Shown: piece by piece, positions 19,185 through 28,993 of the stretch
How the letters are laid out: each line of letters opens with the position of its first letter
Numbering within the stretch: position 1 is the stretch's first letter
Source of the DNA: an uncultured delta proteobacterium
Lineage (GTDB): Bacteria; Myxococcota_A; Polyangia; Polyangiales; JAFGIB01
DNA: 64,000 nucleotides
Direction of reading: 5' to 3'
Assembly (NCBI GenBank): GCA_963778655.1
Contig: CAVZVA010000010.1
Span: forward strand, 800,001-864,000
The notes under the pieces: generated by a model
The model's database searches: none
What the model saw: the letters and a program-made list of their open reading frames with translations, nothing else
What the model was told of the DNA's origin: nothing
Program-made: the position numbers and the translations under genes

Positions 19185-19292
19185 TGTGGACAACAATTTG
19201 TATTCCCATGATTTCACAAACAAAAGTCGGATGACCCCAGCGTTGATAAGTATCAGAAATCAGTTCCGCCCCTATTCCCCACAGTATCCCAC
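19185..19292. promoter_or_regulatory. AT-rich intergenic segment with DnaA-box-like 9-mers and 10-bp-periodic GTGGG repeats
   Basis: TGTGGACAA (19185-19193, reverse complement TTGTCCACA), TTCCCCACA (19275-19283); minus strand GTGGG-ATACT-GTGGG-GAATA-GGGGC. Confidence 0.4.
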
Positions 19293-19487
19293 CCGGGGTT
19301 TGAGGAACGCGGGCGGGCTCGAGCTCGGCTGGCCGCTTGCTGCCGGGCCGGTCGCGGTGGACAGCCCGCGCCCGGCTGCCTATGCTCGCAGCGCGCGCCC
19401 GCGCCGTGACGGCGGACCTCGACCAAGCGGGTGCAGCGCGCGCAGTGCGCCCAACGCCACGCGCGACGCGACCCGCGAGGACCGGTC

Positions 19488-20822
19488 ATGAGCGACCCGC
19501 AAGCGCAGACCCAACACGGGCTGTCGGCTCTGGACGAGGCGCACGCTGCGCGCCTGCACGGGGAGCACGACCAGGCCTTGCGCCAGGCCGCGTCGATTCT
19601 GACCGCTTCACCCGACAACCTCGGTGCGGCCGCGCTGGTGGCGCGCTTGCTGCTCGATGCCGAGCGCGCGAGCACGGCCGGCGAGGTGGCCAAGCGACTG
19701 ATCGATGCGTTCACTCACCGTGGTGATCTGGCGGGTGCCTGGATCGCTGCGCACCTGGCGCTCGACGCGGGCCACGGCGACGCTGCGCTCGCGCGCATCG
19801 CAGCGGCGTTCGGCAAGGGCTCGCCGCGCGTGGGCGACGCCGCGCCCAAGCCTCCGGCGCTACCGGGCGAGGGCGGCGTCGCGCCGCACTTCGCGAAGCT
19901 CTCGGGTGAGGCCTTGCTCGACGCAGCAGAGAAGGCGGCGCAGCGCTTCCTCAAGACCAAGGATGCCGTGGGGCCGAGCGCGCGCTTGCCCGAGCTGCCG
20001 CTGTTCGGCGCGCTCGCCGCACCGCACCTGCAGCTGCTGCTCGGGCGGCTGGAGCTGCGCGAGCTCGATGCCGGGCAGTACGCGCTGCGCCAGGGCGAGG
20101 AAGGGCGCGAGGCGTTCGTGCTCGCGCGCGGGGTGATCAACGTGGTGCGCGAGGACGGCGCGCAGCCGCCCACGCTGCTGGCCACGCTCGGGCCGGGCGC
20201 GATCTTCGGCGAGATGGCGCTGGTCACCAATGCGCCGCGGGCGGCGTCGGCGATCGCGGTCGAGCCGGTGCAGTTGCTGTGCATCGGGCGCGAGGGTTTG
20301 GAGGATCTGGCGCACAAGGACCCGATCATCGCGCGCGAGCTGGGTGGCTTCTGCTACGGTCGCATGATCTCCAACTTGATACGGCACAGCGCGATCCTGT
20401 CGAGCGTGGAGGCTGCCAAGCGCGAGGAGCTGGTCGCCCGCTTCAAGAGCGAGCGTTTCGAGGCGGGCGACGTGCTGGTACGCAAGGGCGAGGAGCCGAG
20501 CTGCCTGTATCTGCTCGCCAGCGGCGGCGTGCAGGTGCGCAGCAGCGACGCGGATGGCGACCGGGTGGTGCTGGCCGAGCTCGGGCCCGGCGATGTGGTC
20601 GGGGAGATCTCGCTGGTGCTGCGGCGGCCCGCCAACGCCGACGTGGTGGCGCTGCACACGACCGTGGCGCTTGCGCTCAGCCGCGAACAGTTCACTGAGG
20701 CGGTTCGCGAGCACCCCACGCTGCTGCGCGAGCTGTACGACATGGCCGTACAGCGCGACGAGGAAACGCGCAGCGTGGTCGCCCAGAAGGCGTTGGACGT
20801 GTCGGACGTCGTGCTCTTGTAA
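19488..20822 (+). CDS. Protein with two cyclic-nucleotide-binding domains and a helical N-terminus
   Basis: LGPGAIFGEMALVTNAPRAAS and LGPGDVVGEISLVLRRPANAD. Confidence 0.9.
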   Translation: MSDPQAQTQHGLSALDEAHAARLHGEHDQALRQAASILTASPDNLGAAALVARLLLDAERASTAGEVAKRLIDAFTHRGDLAGAWIAAHLALDAGHGDAALARIAAAFGKGSPRVGDAAPKPPALPGEGGVAPHFAKLSGEALLDAAEKAAQRFLKTKDAVGPSARLPELPLFGALAAPHLQLLLGRLELRELDAGQYALRQGEEGREAFVLARGVINVVREDGAQPPTLLATLGPGAIFGEMALVTNAPRAASAIAVEPVQLLCIGREGLEDLAHKDPIIARELGGFCYGRMISNLIRHSAILSSVEAAKREELVARFKSERFEAGDVLVRKGEEPSCLYLLASGGVQVRSSDADGDRVVLAELGPGDVVGEISLVLRRPANADVVALHTTVALALSREQFTEAVREHPTLLRELYDMAVQRDEETRSVVAQKALDVSDVVLL

Positions 20823-20830
20823 CCGGTGAA

Positions 20831-20853
20831 CGGGAGGGTCACGCGACCCTCCC
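20831..20853. repeat. Repeat family B, hairpin-only copy 3
   Basis: CGGGAGGGTCACGCGACCCTCCC is identical to 9468-9490. Confidence 0.7.
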
Positions 20854-20981
20854 TCGCCGTCGCCCAAAGTCGCCGGGGGAGGGCCGCTTCGCTCCCAATC
20901 TTCGGGATCGCAGGTCTTTGGGCGGCCACTGAATGGTGGCGTTTGGCGGGGCAACCGTTAGAGTACCCACCCGGAAGGGGA

Positions 20982-21953
20982 TTGGATGTGCTTCGCCTAG
21001 ACTGGGGCGGAAGAGAACGCGGCGCTGCGCCGCGGCCGAGCGCGACGCGCACCCGATGCCAGCGGCTGGTGTTTGGCGGCGTGGCGTTCGAGCTGCTCGC
21101 CGAGACCCAGGCGCACGGCGGCGCCGAGCTGCCGGCCGACTGCGCGCGCCACTGCATCCTGGGCGTGGACGGGCGTGCCGCCGCGGACGTGGTGTGCGCC
21201 GTGCATCGCGATCCAGCGCTGCTGTCCGAGCCCCCTTGTTTGCCCGACGCGTATGCGCCCGGCGAGCCTGGCAACGTGGTGCGCTGGCGCGCGGCCGAGC
21301 GCGGCAGTGGCTCGCTGCGGCTGCGTGCACCGGGCCTCGAAGGTGAGCTGACCAAGGTGGCGCCGCGCCGCTACGCGCTGACCGCGCGCGTCGCGCCCAG
21401 CGACGACGGCATGCTCGCGCTGCTGCGCGGCGTGTCGGCGGCGATCGTGCACCGCGAGCGCGGGGTGGTGCTGCACGCGGCGGCCGCCGAGCTGGACGGC
21501 CGCGCCGTGCTGTTCGTGGGGCCGAGCGGCGCGGGCAAGAGCACGGCCGTGCGCCACACACGCCGCGCACGCTGCTTCGCATTCGACCACGTCGCGGTGC
21601 TGCGCGGGCCCGACGGGTGGCTGGCCTGGGGCCTGCCCGGCGGCAGCGCGGTCGACACGCCCGCGGCGCGCGGGGTGGCGTACCCGCTGGCCGCCATCCT
21701 GCGCGTGCGGCAGGCCCGGCAGGGCGAGCCGCAGATCACGCCGCTGCGCGGCGCGCAGGCGTTGTTCGCGCTGCGAGAGTCAGTAGAATGGGCCGACGAC
21801 TCGCCCGCCAGCGAGGACGTGTATCTACGCGCCGTGATGGAGCTTTCTTCCCAGGTTCAGGTCGGCTCGATCGCCACCGTGCTCGGTCGCGACAACGACG
21901 GTGCGCTCGCGCAGCTGCTGGGTGAGCCCGTGCGCAGGAGCGTGCGCTCGTGA
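20982..21953 (+). CDS. HPr-kinase-related P-loop protein (ScmC/HPr-rel-like RiPP-associated kinase/ATPase)
   Basis: LHAAAAELDGRAVLFVGPSGAGKST, YPLAAILRVRQ; overlaps the PqqD gene start; start chosen at TTG 20982 after GGAAGGGG (ORF open from 20826). Confidence 0.8.
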   Translation: MDVLRLDWGGRERGAAPRPSATRTRCQRLVFGGVAFELLAETQAHGGAELPADCARHCILGVDGRAAADVVCAVHRDPALLSEPPCLPDAYAPGEPGNVVRWRAAERGSGSLRLRAPGLEGELTKVAPRRYALTARVAPSDDGMLALLRGVSAAIVHRERGVVLHAAAAELDGRAVLFVGPSGAGKSTAVRHTRRARCFAFDHVAVLRGPDGWLAWGLPGGSAVDTPAARGVAYPLAAILRVRQARQGEPQITPLRGAQALFALRESVEWADDSPASEDVYLRAVMELSSQVQVGSIATVLGRDNDGALAQLLGEPVRRSVRS

Positions 21954-22231
21954 TGGCCGCCGGGGCGACACCCAAGCGCAACGAACGCGTGGCCGCGCGC
22001 GTGGTGGAAGGCAAGGCGCTGATCGTGGTGATCGATCAGAAGCAGCTGCACACGCTGAACGAAGTCGGCACGCGGGTGTGGGAGCTGTGCGACGGCCGCA
22101 GCATGGACGCGATCGCCGAGGCGCTGGTGGAGGAGTTCGAGGTCGACAAGCAGACCGCGCTGCGCGACGTGGAGTCGTTCGTGCGCGAGCTGCGCCAGCT
22201 GGGCGCGCTCGAGCCGGAGGCGCGATCATGA
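21950..22231 (+). CDS. PqqD family RiPP recognition element (RRE)
   Basis: HTLNEVGTRVWELCDGRSMDAIAEALVEEFEVDKQTALRDVESFVRELRQLG. Confidence 0.93.
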   Translation: MMAAGATPKRNERVAARVVEGKALIVVIDQKQLHTLNEVGTRVWELCDGRSMDAIAEALVEEFEVDKQTALRDVESFVRELRQLGALEPEARS

Positions 22232-23592
22232 GCGGGCCCGCCGGGGGAGCCGAGGCGATACTGAGCGCGATCGAGCAGCGCAGCGGCCGCCCGCTGCGCG
22301 CGATGATCGAGGTAAGCGACCGCTGCAACGAGGTCTGCGTCCACTGCTACCAGGAGCAGGGTCGCAAGGGCGAGATGAGCACCGAGCAGATCAAGGCGGT
22401 GATCGACGAGCTCGCCGAGCTCGGCGTGCTGGTGCTCACGGTCTCGGGCGGCGAAGCCACGCTGCGCAAGGACTTCCTCGAGCTACTGGGCCACGCGCGC
22501 AAGCGCGGCTTCGCGCTGCGCATCTTCACCAACGGTCTGACCATGACCCAGGAGCTAGCCGCCGCGCTCAAGGCGCTGGCCGTGCACGTGGTCGAGATCA
22601 GCCTGTATTCGCACCGCGCCGAAGTGCACGATTTCGTGACGGGCGTGAAGGGCTCGTTCGACAAGACGGTAGCGGGGATCAGGCACCTCACGGCGCTCGG
22701 CGTGGACGTGCACATCAAGACGCCGACCATGAGCTTGAACGAGGACGAGATCGACGCGTACATCGCGATGGCCGAGCAGCTGGGGGTGACCTTCGCGCTC
22801 GATCCGGGGCACATGATGCCGCGGGAGAACGAAGATCGCGCGCCGGAGGTGTGGAGCCGCAGCGCGAAGGGCTTCAAGCGTATCATGGGCGATGAGAGAC
22901 TTGCTGGCGCGGCGCCCGCGCCCCGCCCACAGAAGCCTCTCGGCGCCACGTTGTGCGGCGCCGGCGAGAACGTGCACATCGAGCCCAACGGCGAGCTGCG
23001 GCCGTGCACCATGCTCGACGTGCCCCTGGGCAATGCCGCCCGCGAGGGCGTGCGCGCGGCGCGCGACGGCAACGACGCATTGCACGCGCTGCTCGGATTG
23101 CGCTGGGCCGACGTGCACGGCTGCCGCGACTGCGACCTGCGCGCGTATTGCAACCGCTGCCACGCTGCCGCGCTGGCCGAGGTCGGCGACGCCCTTGCGC
23201 CGTATCCCTCGGCGTGCGCAGACGCGCGAACCGCCTACGAAGTGGCACACGGCGAAGCCCCGCACATCGCGGCCGCAACTGCTCGTGATTCGAGCGTCGG
23301 GCCGTACAGACAGGCGGCTGGGCACAGGTTCGAGATCATCGACGATGTCGTCACCGCCGCGGACGATGCGCTCGCGGCCCGCTTGCCCTGGCTGCGCCGG
23401 CTGCAGGGTGGCCTGCCCGCACCCGCGCAGCACGCGCAGCCCGGCGAGCTGATTCAAATCCGCCGACCCGGCCGCAAGCGGCCGAGTCTGGAGCGTGCCC
23501 CTGGTCCTAGCGTGGAGGAGAGCCACGGCGGGGATCCGAAGCGCGCGACAGGTACGAGCCTTGCCGTAACGGGATATGAAGCCACGACCTGA
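22228..23592 (+). CDS. Radical SAM/SPASM domain peptide maturase
   Basis: CNEVCVHC (CxxxCxxC), SGGEA, FTNG; SPASM CGAG...IEPNGELRPC...CRDCDLRAYCNRC...C; ATGA overlap with pqqD. Confidence 0.93.
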   Translation: MSGPAGGAEAILSAIEQRSGRPLRAMIEVSDRCNEVCVHCYQEQGRKGEMSTEQIKAVIDELAELGVLVLTVSGGEATLRKDFLELLGHARKRGFALRIFTNGLTMTQELAAALKALAVHVVEISLYSHRAEVHDFVTGVKGSFDKTVAGIRHLTALGVDVHIKTPTMSLNEDEIDAYIAMAEQLGVTFALDPGHMMPRENEDRAPEVWSRSAKGFKRIMGDERLAGAAPAPRPQKPLGATLCGAGENVHIEPNGELRPCTMLDVPLGNAAREGVRAARDGNDALHALLGLRWADVHGCRDCDLRAYCNRCHAAALAEVGDALAPYPSACADARTAYEVAHGEAPHIAAATARDSSVGPYRQAAGHRFEIIDDVVTAADDALAARLPWLRRLQGGLPAPAQHAQPGELIQIRRPGRKRPSLERAPGPSVEESHGGDPKRATGTSLAVTGYEATT

Positions 23593-23621
23593 GCCTTGGA
23601 TGATCTTCGGGGAGAGATGGC

Positions 23622-26600
23622 ATGACTTGCGAAACTATCTTGGTGCGTAGCCAACGCAGTGGACGCTTCGGGCACCCGGTGGGACGCGCGCGCAGGCTGT
23701 TGTTGCTCGCGACGCTCCTGCTCGGGGCGGGCTGCAGCTCGTCGTCCAAGCCGGTGCAGCTGGTGGTCACGGCCCCTGAGGCCGACCAGACGCTGACCAT
23801 CAAGCACGACGACAACGACCCGGACAAGCCGGGGTTGCAGTTCGATGTCGCGGGCACCTCGAGAGGCATCGCCGCGAAGACCGTGGTCCAGCTGTTCATC
23901 GACGACACCAAACAGGCCGTCGACGCCATGGTGCAGGACAACGGCGACATCAAGCTGCCGGGTGTCACGCTGCCGCCCGGCAACCACAGCATCTACCTGC
24001 AGACGAGCACGGCCTCGGCGAGCAGCGACCACACCCAGAAGTACACGCTGAAGGCGCTCGAGATCAGCGCGCCCAGCAACGACGCGACGATCACGTCCAC
24101 AGACGACGAGGACTCGAGCACCGACGGGATTCAGATCAGCGTCAGCGTCAACGCCTACGCGGTGGACCTCACGCAGAAGGTCACGCTGATGCTCGACGGC
24201 CAGTCGGCCGGCAGCGAGCAGCCCGATAGCAGCGGCAAGGTGGTGTTCTCGGGGGTCACGCTGAGCAGCGGCAAGCACACCCTGCAGGCGCAGGTCCCCG
24301 ACGGGTCCGACACCATCGACTCGGCCGAGGTCAAGGTCACGGTGCAGGAGAGCTGCGCCGCGATCACGTTCATCAGCCCGGCGCCTCCCGCGAGCGGCCA
24401 GAGCATCACCCTGGGCGGCCCAGGCAAGTGCCCGGCCAACAGCAAGGATCCGTTCACCACGCGGGTCGAGATCTCGACCGACGCGGGCAACGGCCGCCCG
24501 GTGCACGTGCTGGTCAACGGCCAGTCCGCGATGTCGGGCACGGTCAACGGCGCCAACGCGGCCTTCGACGGCGTCGTGCTGGGCAACCGCATGAGCGCCA
24601 ACACGCTCGAGGTCCAGGTCCAGGACAGCAACGGCAACCTGTGTACCAAGAAGTTCCCGGCCGACATCCTCGTGGACTGCGCCGGGCCCGACTGCACGAT
24701 CGCGACCCCGATGCCCGCAACCTACGTGGACGGCGACGGCAACACCACGCTCTACCTGAACCACGCACTGACCGCTTCCGGTGGCACGGGCTTCGACATC
24801 CAGGTGGCGAGCAGCAGCGACGCCGTGGGCCAGGACGTGGAGCTGCTGGTCGACCGCAACTCACGCAAGCCCTTCACGGTACCGGCCGCGACCGACGGCA
24901 AGGCCTCGAGCGCGCTGTTCCAGGCCGTCCCGCTGAGCGAGGGCGCGCACACGATCGAGGCGCTGTGTACCGACGGCGCGGGCAACACCACCTCCTCGGG
25001 TGAGCTCGACTGGACCGTGGACACCAAGGCCTGCGACGTGAGCATCACCGACCCGGCGGCCGGCGCCGTGCTCGTCCCCGGCGACGACACCGACAGCGCC
25101 TCGAGCGGCACCCAGGTGGTCGCCACCTCCACCGTCACCGGTGGCGACTGCGTGGGCCAGCGCGCCAAGGTCTGCGACCCCACCGCGGGTATCACCGGCA
25201 CGGACTTCAGCACCTACGACGGCACCTCCCCGTTGCTCTCCACCATCACCCTGGACGACGCCCAAACCGACCAAAACCTCTGCGTCGAAATCCAAGACCA
25301 AGCCGGCAACGTGGGCCGCAGCGACGTGGGCGTGAGCTATCGGGGCACCGCACCCAAGGTCCTGATCGAGAGCCCTGCCGACGGCACCAAGATCAACGTC
25401 GCAGGCGGCACCGGCTACGTGGCGGACGCGGACACCAGCACGCCGACGGTCTGCGACGCAGCCTTCTCCATCGCCTGCACGGAGCTCGGCTCCCAGGTGG
25501 AGCTGCACCGCGATTCGGAGACCGGCGACGTGATCGCGATGGCCGAATGCAGCGCGTCCGCATCCGGAGAACCCGCGCTGCCTTCCGGTTACGCGGGCCG
25601 CGCCAAGCTCACGGCGGCCCCGTTCCAGCCCTCCAGCGCGGACGCGGTACTGGTGGCGACGCAAACGATCGGCGGCACATCGACCAAGACGCTGGTGGGG
25701 ACTTCCGATCCGATCACGCTGCATGGCGATTGCGCAGTGCCACTGCTGCTGTTCGGCAATGATCCTTGCAGAGCGGCAGCCAACAATCAGCTCACGGTCG
25801 CGCAGGCTGCCTCGCGCGACGTGATCGTCGGGGACGGCTCCCTCGATCTCGCCAGCGCCACCCTGTCGTTCACGAACACCGATGGGACGACTGGATCCCC
25901 CGCCGCGAGCGCTATCATTACGAGTCGGGCGACCTTTTCCGCCCTCAACCTGGGCGGGGTCGGCACCGTGACCATCAGTGCCACCGGCAAAGACGACTTC
26001 GACAACAGCGCGACCCTGATGTGCACGGCCACGATCGTGACGGATCTGCCTGCCATCACCGCGTTCACGTCGCCCCTCAACAACTCGGATCACGGGCCCG
26101 GACAGGGCTGCAACACGGGTACCGCGGGCCAGTACGGTATCCACGTCGTCGCGACCGCCGACAAGCAGGCGAACCGGACAGCTCAGGTGAGCGTGAACGG
26201 AACGGTGGTGGCGAGCAACGTCGCGATCGACGCCTCGGGCGGTATCGATGTTTGCGTACCAGTGGTGGACGACTCGCAAAACAATCCCGTCGGTCCGAGC
26301 GACGTGACCCTCAAGGTCTCCTCGACGCTCAGCACGGGGTTCGCGCAGCAAACGCGTTCCGTTCACGTGGACACCCTGCTCACTACTTCCCCGTCCGACG
26401 GTGCGACGCTGGTCAGCGGCGATAACTGTGCGAGCAGTGGCTTCGGCTACAACGTGGTCGTGAGCGTGGATCCGTCGCTCGACGGACAGATGTATACGAT
26501 CTCGAGCGGAGCGGGCAACGTCATGGGCACGGTCTCCGGCGCGCAGATCAGCGGCTGCGTGCCCCTGGCCGAAGGCCCGAACACGATCACGGCCAGCATC

Positions 26601-28463
26601 AACGGCAGCGCGACGATGCATGCCGTGCAAGTGACGGTCGACAATCTTCCGCCGACCCACGGCATCGTCATCAACAGCCCGACCTTCGACCCGGCGAGTG
26701 CCACGTACCGCGCTGGGGTGAACGCCACGTGGACCAAACCCACGGAGGACTGGGCTGGGCAGCTCCAGTCGTACGAGCTGCGATGCAGCGATACGGCCGT
26801 GGTCACCGGCTCGGAGGACGCTTGGTGGACAACGGCGACGCCCGTCACGCTGCCCGCGTCGCTCACGCCGGCGAGCGCCAGCCCATCCGCCTTGCTGCCA
26901 CTGCGGGTCGCCGAGCCTCGCAACTGCGTCGTGCGCGCTGCCGACTCTGCGGGTCAGCTCACGCCGATCATCAGCAGTACGGATCTTACGCTGAAGTTCC
27001 GCCAAGCCGTGCTCTCGAGCGGCGCGACTACCAGCCAACTCGGCCACGCAGTCGCCGCGGTCGGCGACATCGACGGAGACGGTATCGAGGACGTTGTTGT
27101 TGGGGGACAAGGTCGTGCGGAGCTGATCTTCGGGACCAGCGGCGATCCGACCATGGCCAAGAAGGTCGGGTTCGTCGGCTCGAGCGGTGGGGTTGGCTAC
27201 ATGGTGGCCGGACTGGGTGACTTCAACGGCGACGGGTTACCGGACTTCGCGGTGGACGACCCGTATTGGAGCTCCTACACCGGCCGCGTGTCAGTGTTCT
27301 TCGGACGACCCAAGGCGGACTGGCCGACGGCGGACATCGACATCGAGACAGCCTGCAATGCGGATTTGTGTCTGGAAAACGCCGCAACCAACGCCTTCTT
27401 CGGGTCCACCCTGCGCGGCGTCGGGAACTTCGACGGAAGCGGCGCAGCGGACCTCGCGATCGGCTCCCCGTACGCTCCAAGCTTCTCCAATCAAGGCCAG
27501 CTCGTGATTGTGCTCGGCAACGCGTACGAGACACGTTCGTGCACCGACAATACGGGCTGCCGAAGCACCGAGAGCTGCGTCAGCGGTGCGTGCAAAGTCA
27601 ACACAGGACCCTTTTGGAAGCTGCGGTACGAAATGCCTTCGGGCAACTGGCTGGACGCGCCGTCGGGCACGCCGCAGTTGTTGAGGGGGTTCTTCATCAA
27701 CTGGGCCACCGCTTCGGACGCCTTCGGTTATGCCATCGCCGGTGTGGGCAACTTTGACAGCACATCTGGCGAGGATCTGGTGGTTTCGGCTGCGGGTGCG
27801 GGGAAGGTCTACTACCTGTCGGGTCGTGCGAACACGCCACCTGGGATGGATCCGATCACAGCGAGCGACTTCGGCCTACGTGCTGCGAATGGCATCCCCA
27901 GCGGCCAGCCGATTGCCACCGGCAGCTCGACGAATGCCTTCGGATCGGTGTTGGGGGCGCTTGGCAATCTCTACGACGTGGCGGGAGCGAGCACGACCGG
28001 ACCCGATCTCGCGATCTCCGATTCAATTTCGGGCCAGATGTACGTCCAGCCCGGCGATTCGGCCAGCGGCAGCAGCGCTGACTTCACGGCGGCTCGCATC
28101 ACCATCCAGGGGCCGAGCAGCAACATCGGCATCTCGGTGGCCCAGGCATTCCTGCCCACCTTGGGCCTGGTCGGTGACCTCGATGCAGACGGCCGGGGAG
28201 ACCTGTTCACCGGGACGCGGCTGAGCAAGGACGTTGTGCTCTGGTACGCCGACCGCTTTGCGTCGGCCGTGAGCAGTAATACAGTCAACAAGTCCTCGGG
28301 CATCTCGATGACGCTGCAATCGCAAACGGCAGACACAGCCACCCTTGTAACGGCGTACGTTGGTGACTTCACCGGGGACGGCTACCCGGATATGGTGGTG
28401 GGTGACTACAACGCTACCGGCCAGGGCCAGGCCAACCACGGCCAAGCGGTCCTCTTCTACTAG
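23622..28463 (+). CDS. Giant (1613 aa) surface lipoprotein with tandem Ig-like repeats and C-terminal FG-GAP/integrin-alpha-like beta-propeller repeats
   Basis: Lipobox LLGAGC; repeated (I/V)xSPxDG and DxAGN Ig-like motifs; GDIDGDGIED, GDFNGDGLPD, GNFDGSGAAD, GDLDADGRGD, GDFTGDGYPD. Confidence 0.88.
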   Translation: MTCETILVRSQRSGRFGHPVGRARRLLLLATLLLGAGCSSSSKPVQLVVTAPEADQTLTIKHDDNDPDKPGLQFDVAGTSRGIAAKTVVQLFIDDTKQAVDAMVQDNGDIKLPGVTLPPGNHSIYLQTSTASASSDHTQKYTLKALEISAPSNDATITSTDDEDSSTDGIQISVSVNAYAVDLTQKVTLMLDGQSAGSEQPDSSGKVVFSGVTLSSGKHTLQAQVPDGSDTIDSAEVKVTVQESCAAITFISPAPPASGQSITLGGPGKCPANSKDPFTTRVEISTDAGNGRPVHVLVNGQSAMSGTVNGANAAFDGVVLGNRMSANTLEVQVQDSNGNLCTKKFPADILVDCAGPDCTIATPMPATYVDGDGNTTLYLNHALTASGGTGFDIQVASSSDAVGQDVELLVDRNSRKPFTVPAATDGKASSALFQAVPLSEGAHTIEALCTDGAGNTTSSGELDWTVDTKACDVSITDPAAGAVLVPGDDTDSASSGTQVVATSTVTGGDCVGQRAKVCDPTAGITGTDFSTYDGTSPLLSTITLDDAQTDQNLCVEIQDQAGNVGRSDVGVSYRGTAPKVLIESPADGTKINVAGGTGYVADADTSTPTVCDAAFSIACTELGSQVELHRDSETGDVIAMAECSASASGEPALPSGYAGRAKLTAAPFQPSSADAVLVATQTIGGTSTKTLVGTSDPITLHGDCAVPLLLFGNDPCRAAANNQLTVAQAASRDVIVGDGSLDLASATLSFTNTDGTTGSPAASAIITSRATFSALNLGGVGTVTISATGKDDFDNSATLMCTATIVTDLPAITAFTSPLNNSDHGPGQGCNTGTAGQYGIHVVATADKQANRTAQVSVNGTVVASNVAIDASGGIDVCVPVVDDSQNNPVGPSDVTLKVSSTLSTGFAQQTRSVHVDTLLTTSPSDGATLVSGDNCASSGFGYNVVVSVDPSLDGQMYTISSGAGNVMGTVSGAQISGCVPLAEGPNTITASINGSATMHAVQVTVDNLPPTHGIVINSPTFDPASATYRAGVNATWTKPTEDWAGQLQSYELRCSDTAVVTGSEDAWWTTATPVTLPASLTPASASPSALLPLRVAEPRNCVVRAADSAGQLTPIISSTDLTLKFRQAVLSSGATTSQLGHAVAAVGDIDGDGIEDVVVGGQGRAELIFGTSGDPTMAKKVGFVGSSGGVGYMVAGLGDFNGDGLPDFAVDDPYWSSYTGRVSVFFGRPKADWPTADIDIETACNADLCLENAATNAFFGSTLRGVGNFDGSGAADLAIGSPYAPSFSNQGQLVIVLGNAYETRSCTDNTGCRSTESCVSGACKVNTGPFWKLRYEMPSGNWLDAPSGTPQLLRGFFINWATASDAFGYAIAGVGNFDSTSGEDLVVSAAGAGKVYYLSGRANTPPGMDPITASDFGLRAANGIPSGQPIATGSSTNAFGSVLGALGNLYDVAGASTTGPDLAISDSISGQMYVQPGDSASGSSADFTAARITIQGPSSNIGISVAQAFLPTLGLVGDLDADGRGDLFTGTRLSKDVVLWYADRFASAVSSNTVNKSSGISMTLQSQTADTATLVTAYVGDFTGDGYPDMVVGDYNATGQGQANHGQAVLFY

Positions 28464-28484
28464 GAATCGCGAGAGGTGAACCCC

Positions 28485-28640
28485 ATGGCATCGAACGAGA
28501 CCAGTAGCTCCCAAAGAAATGCTCCCGAGCGCCGGCCGTACGAGCCGCCGCGCGTCGAGGAGACGGGCGTCTTCGAGCGCTTGCAGCTGGCCTGCAGCCG
28601 CTCCGACTCCACCTGCGGCCCAATCGATACCTATTCCTAA
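28485..28640 (+). CDS. Candidate RiPP precursor peptide, 51 aa: MASNETSSSQRNAPERRPYEPPRVEETGVFERLQLACSRSDSTCGPIDTYS
   Basis: Own translation (below the ORF-track cutoff); GAGGTG SD 6 nt before ATG; RRPYEPPRV RRE-binding-type leader motif; two-Cys, Ser/Thr-rich tail. Confidence 0.85.
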   Translation: MASNETSSSQRNAPERRPYEPPRVEETGVFERLQLACSRSDSTCGPIDTYS

Positions 28641-28993
28641 GTCGGTCAGCCACCTCGCCATTGGATGGCTCTGCCACCGTCTCTTCGCAAGCACCGGGTG
28701 GTCACCGTGAACTCCCCGATCGAGCAACCAGGCGGCAGGCAATGATCAGCAGGGTGCCGGTCCCTCGCCCCATCCGCCCTGACTTGAGCGTGTGGCCACT
28801 TCGGCTCAGTGTACACCTAACACACTCTCGTAATACGGTCCTCGGTCATCCACTACGCCGCGACGAACTCGTCGAATGAGCCACCACCGAGCGAGCGAAA
28901 GTGCACGCGCCGAACTCTCGGAACCAGGGGCCGCTCGAATCGGCGATTCGCGGTGGCACCTCACGTGGGACCCGCTCATGCGGGGGCCACCGC

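Noticed and set aside
19134..19487. Chromosomal replication origin
   Set aside because: Only one good and one or two poor DnaA boxes, and no dnaA/dnaN/gidA context.
21950..23592. PQQ biosynthesis (pqqD/pqqE)
   Set aside because: No pqqA ExxxY peptide, pqqB or pqqC.
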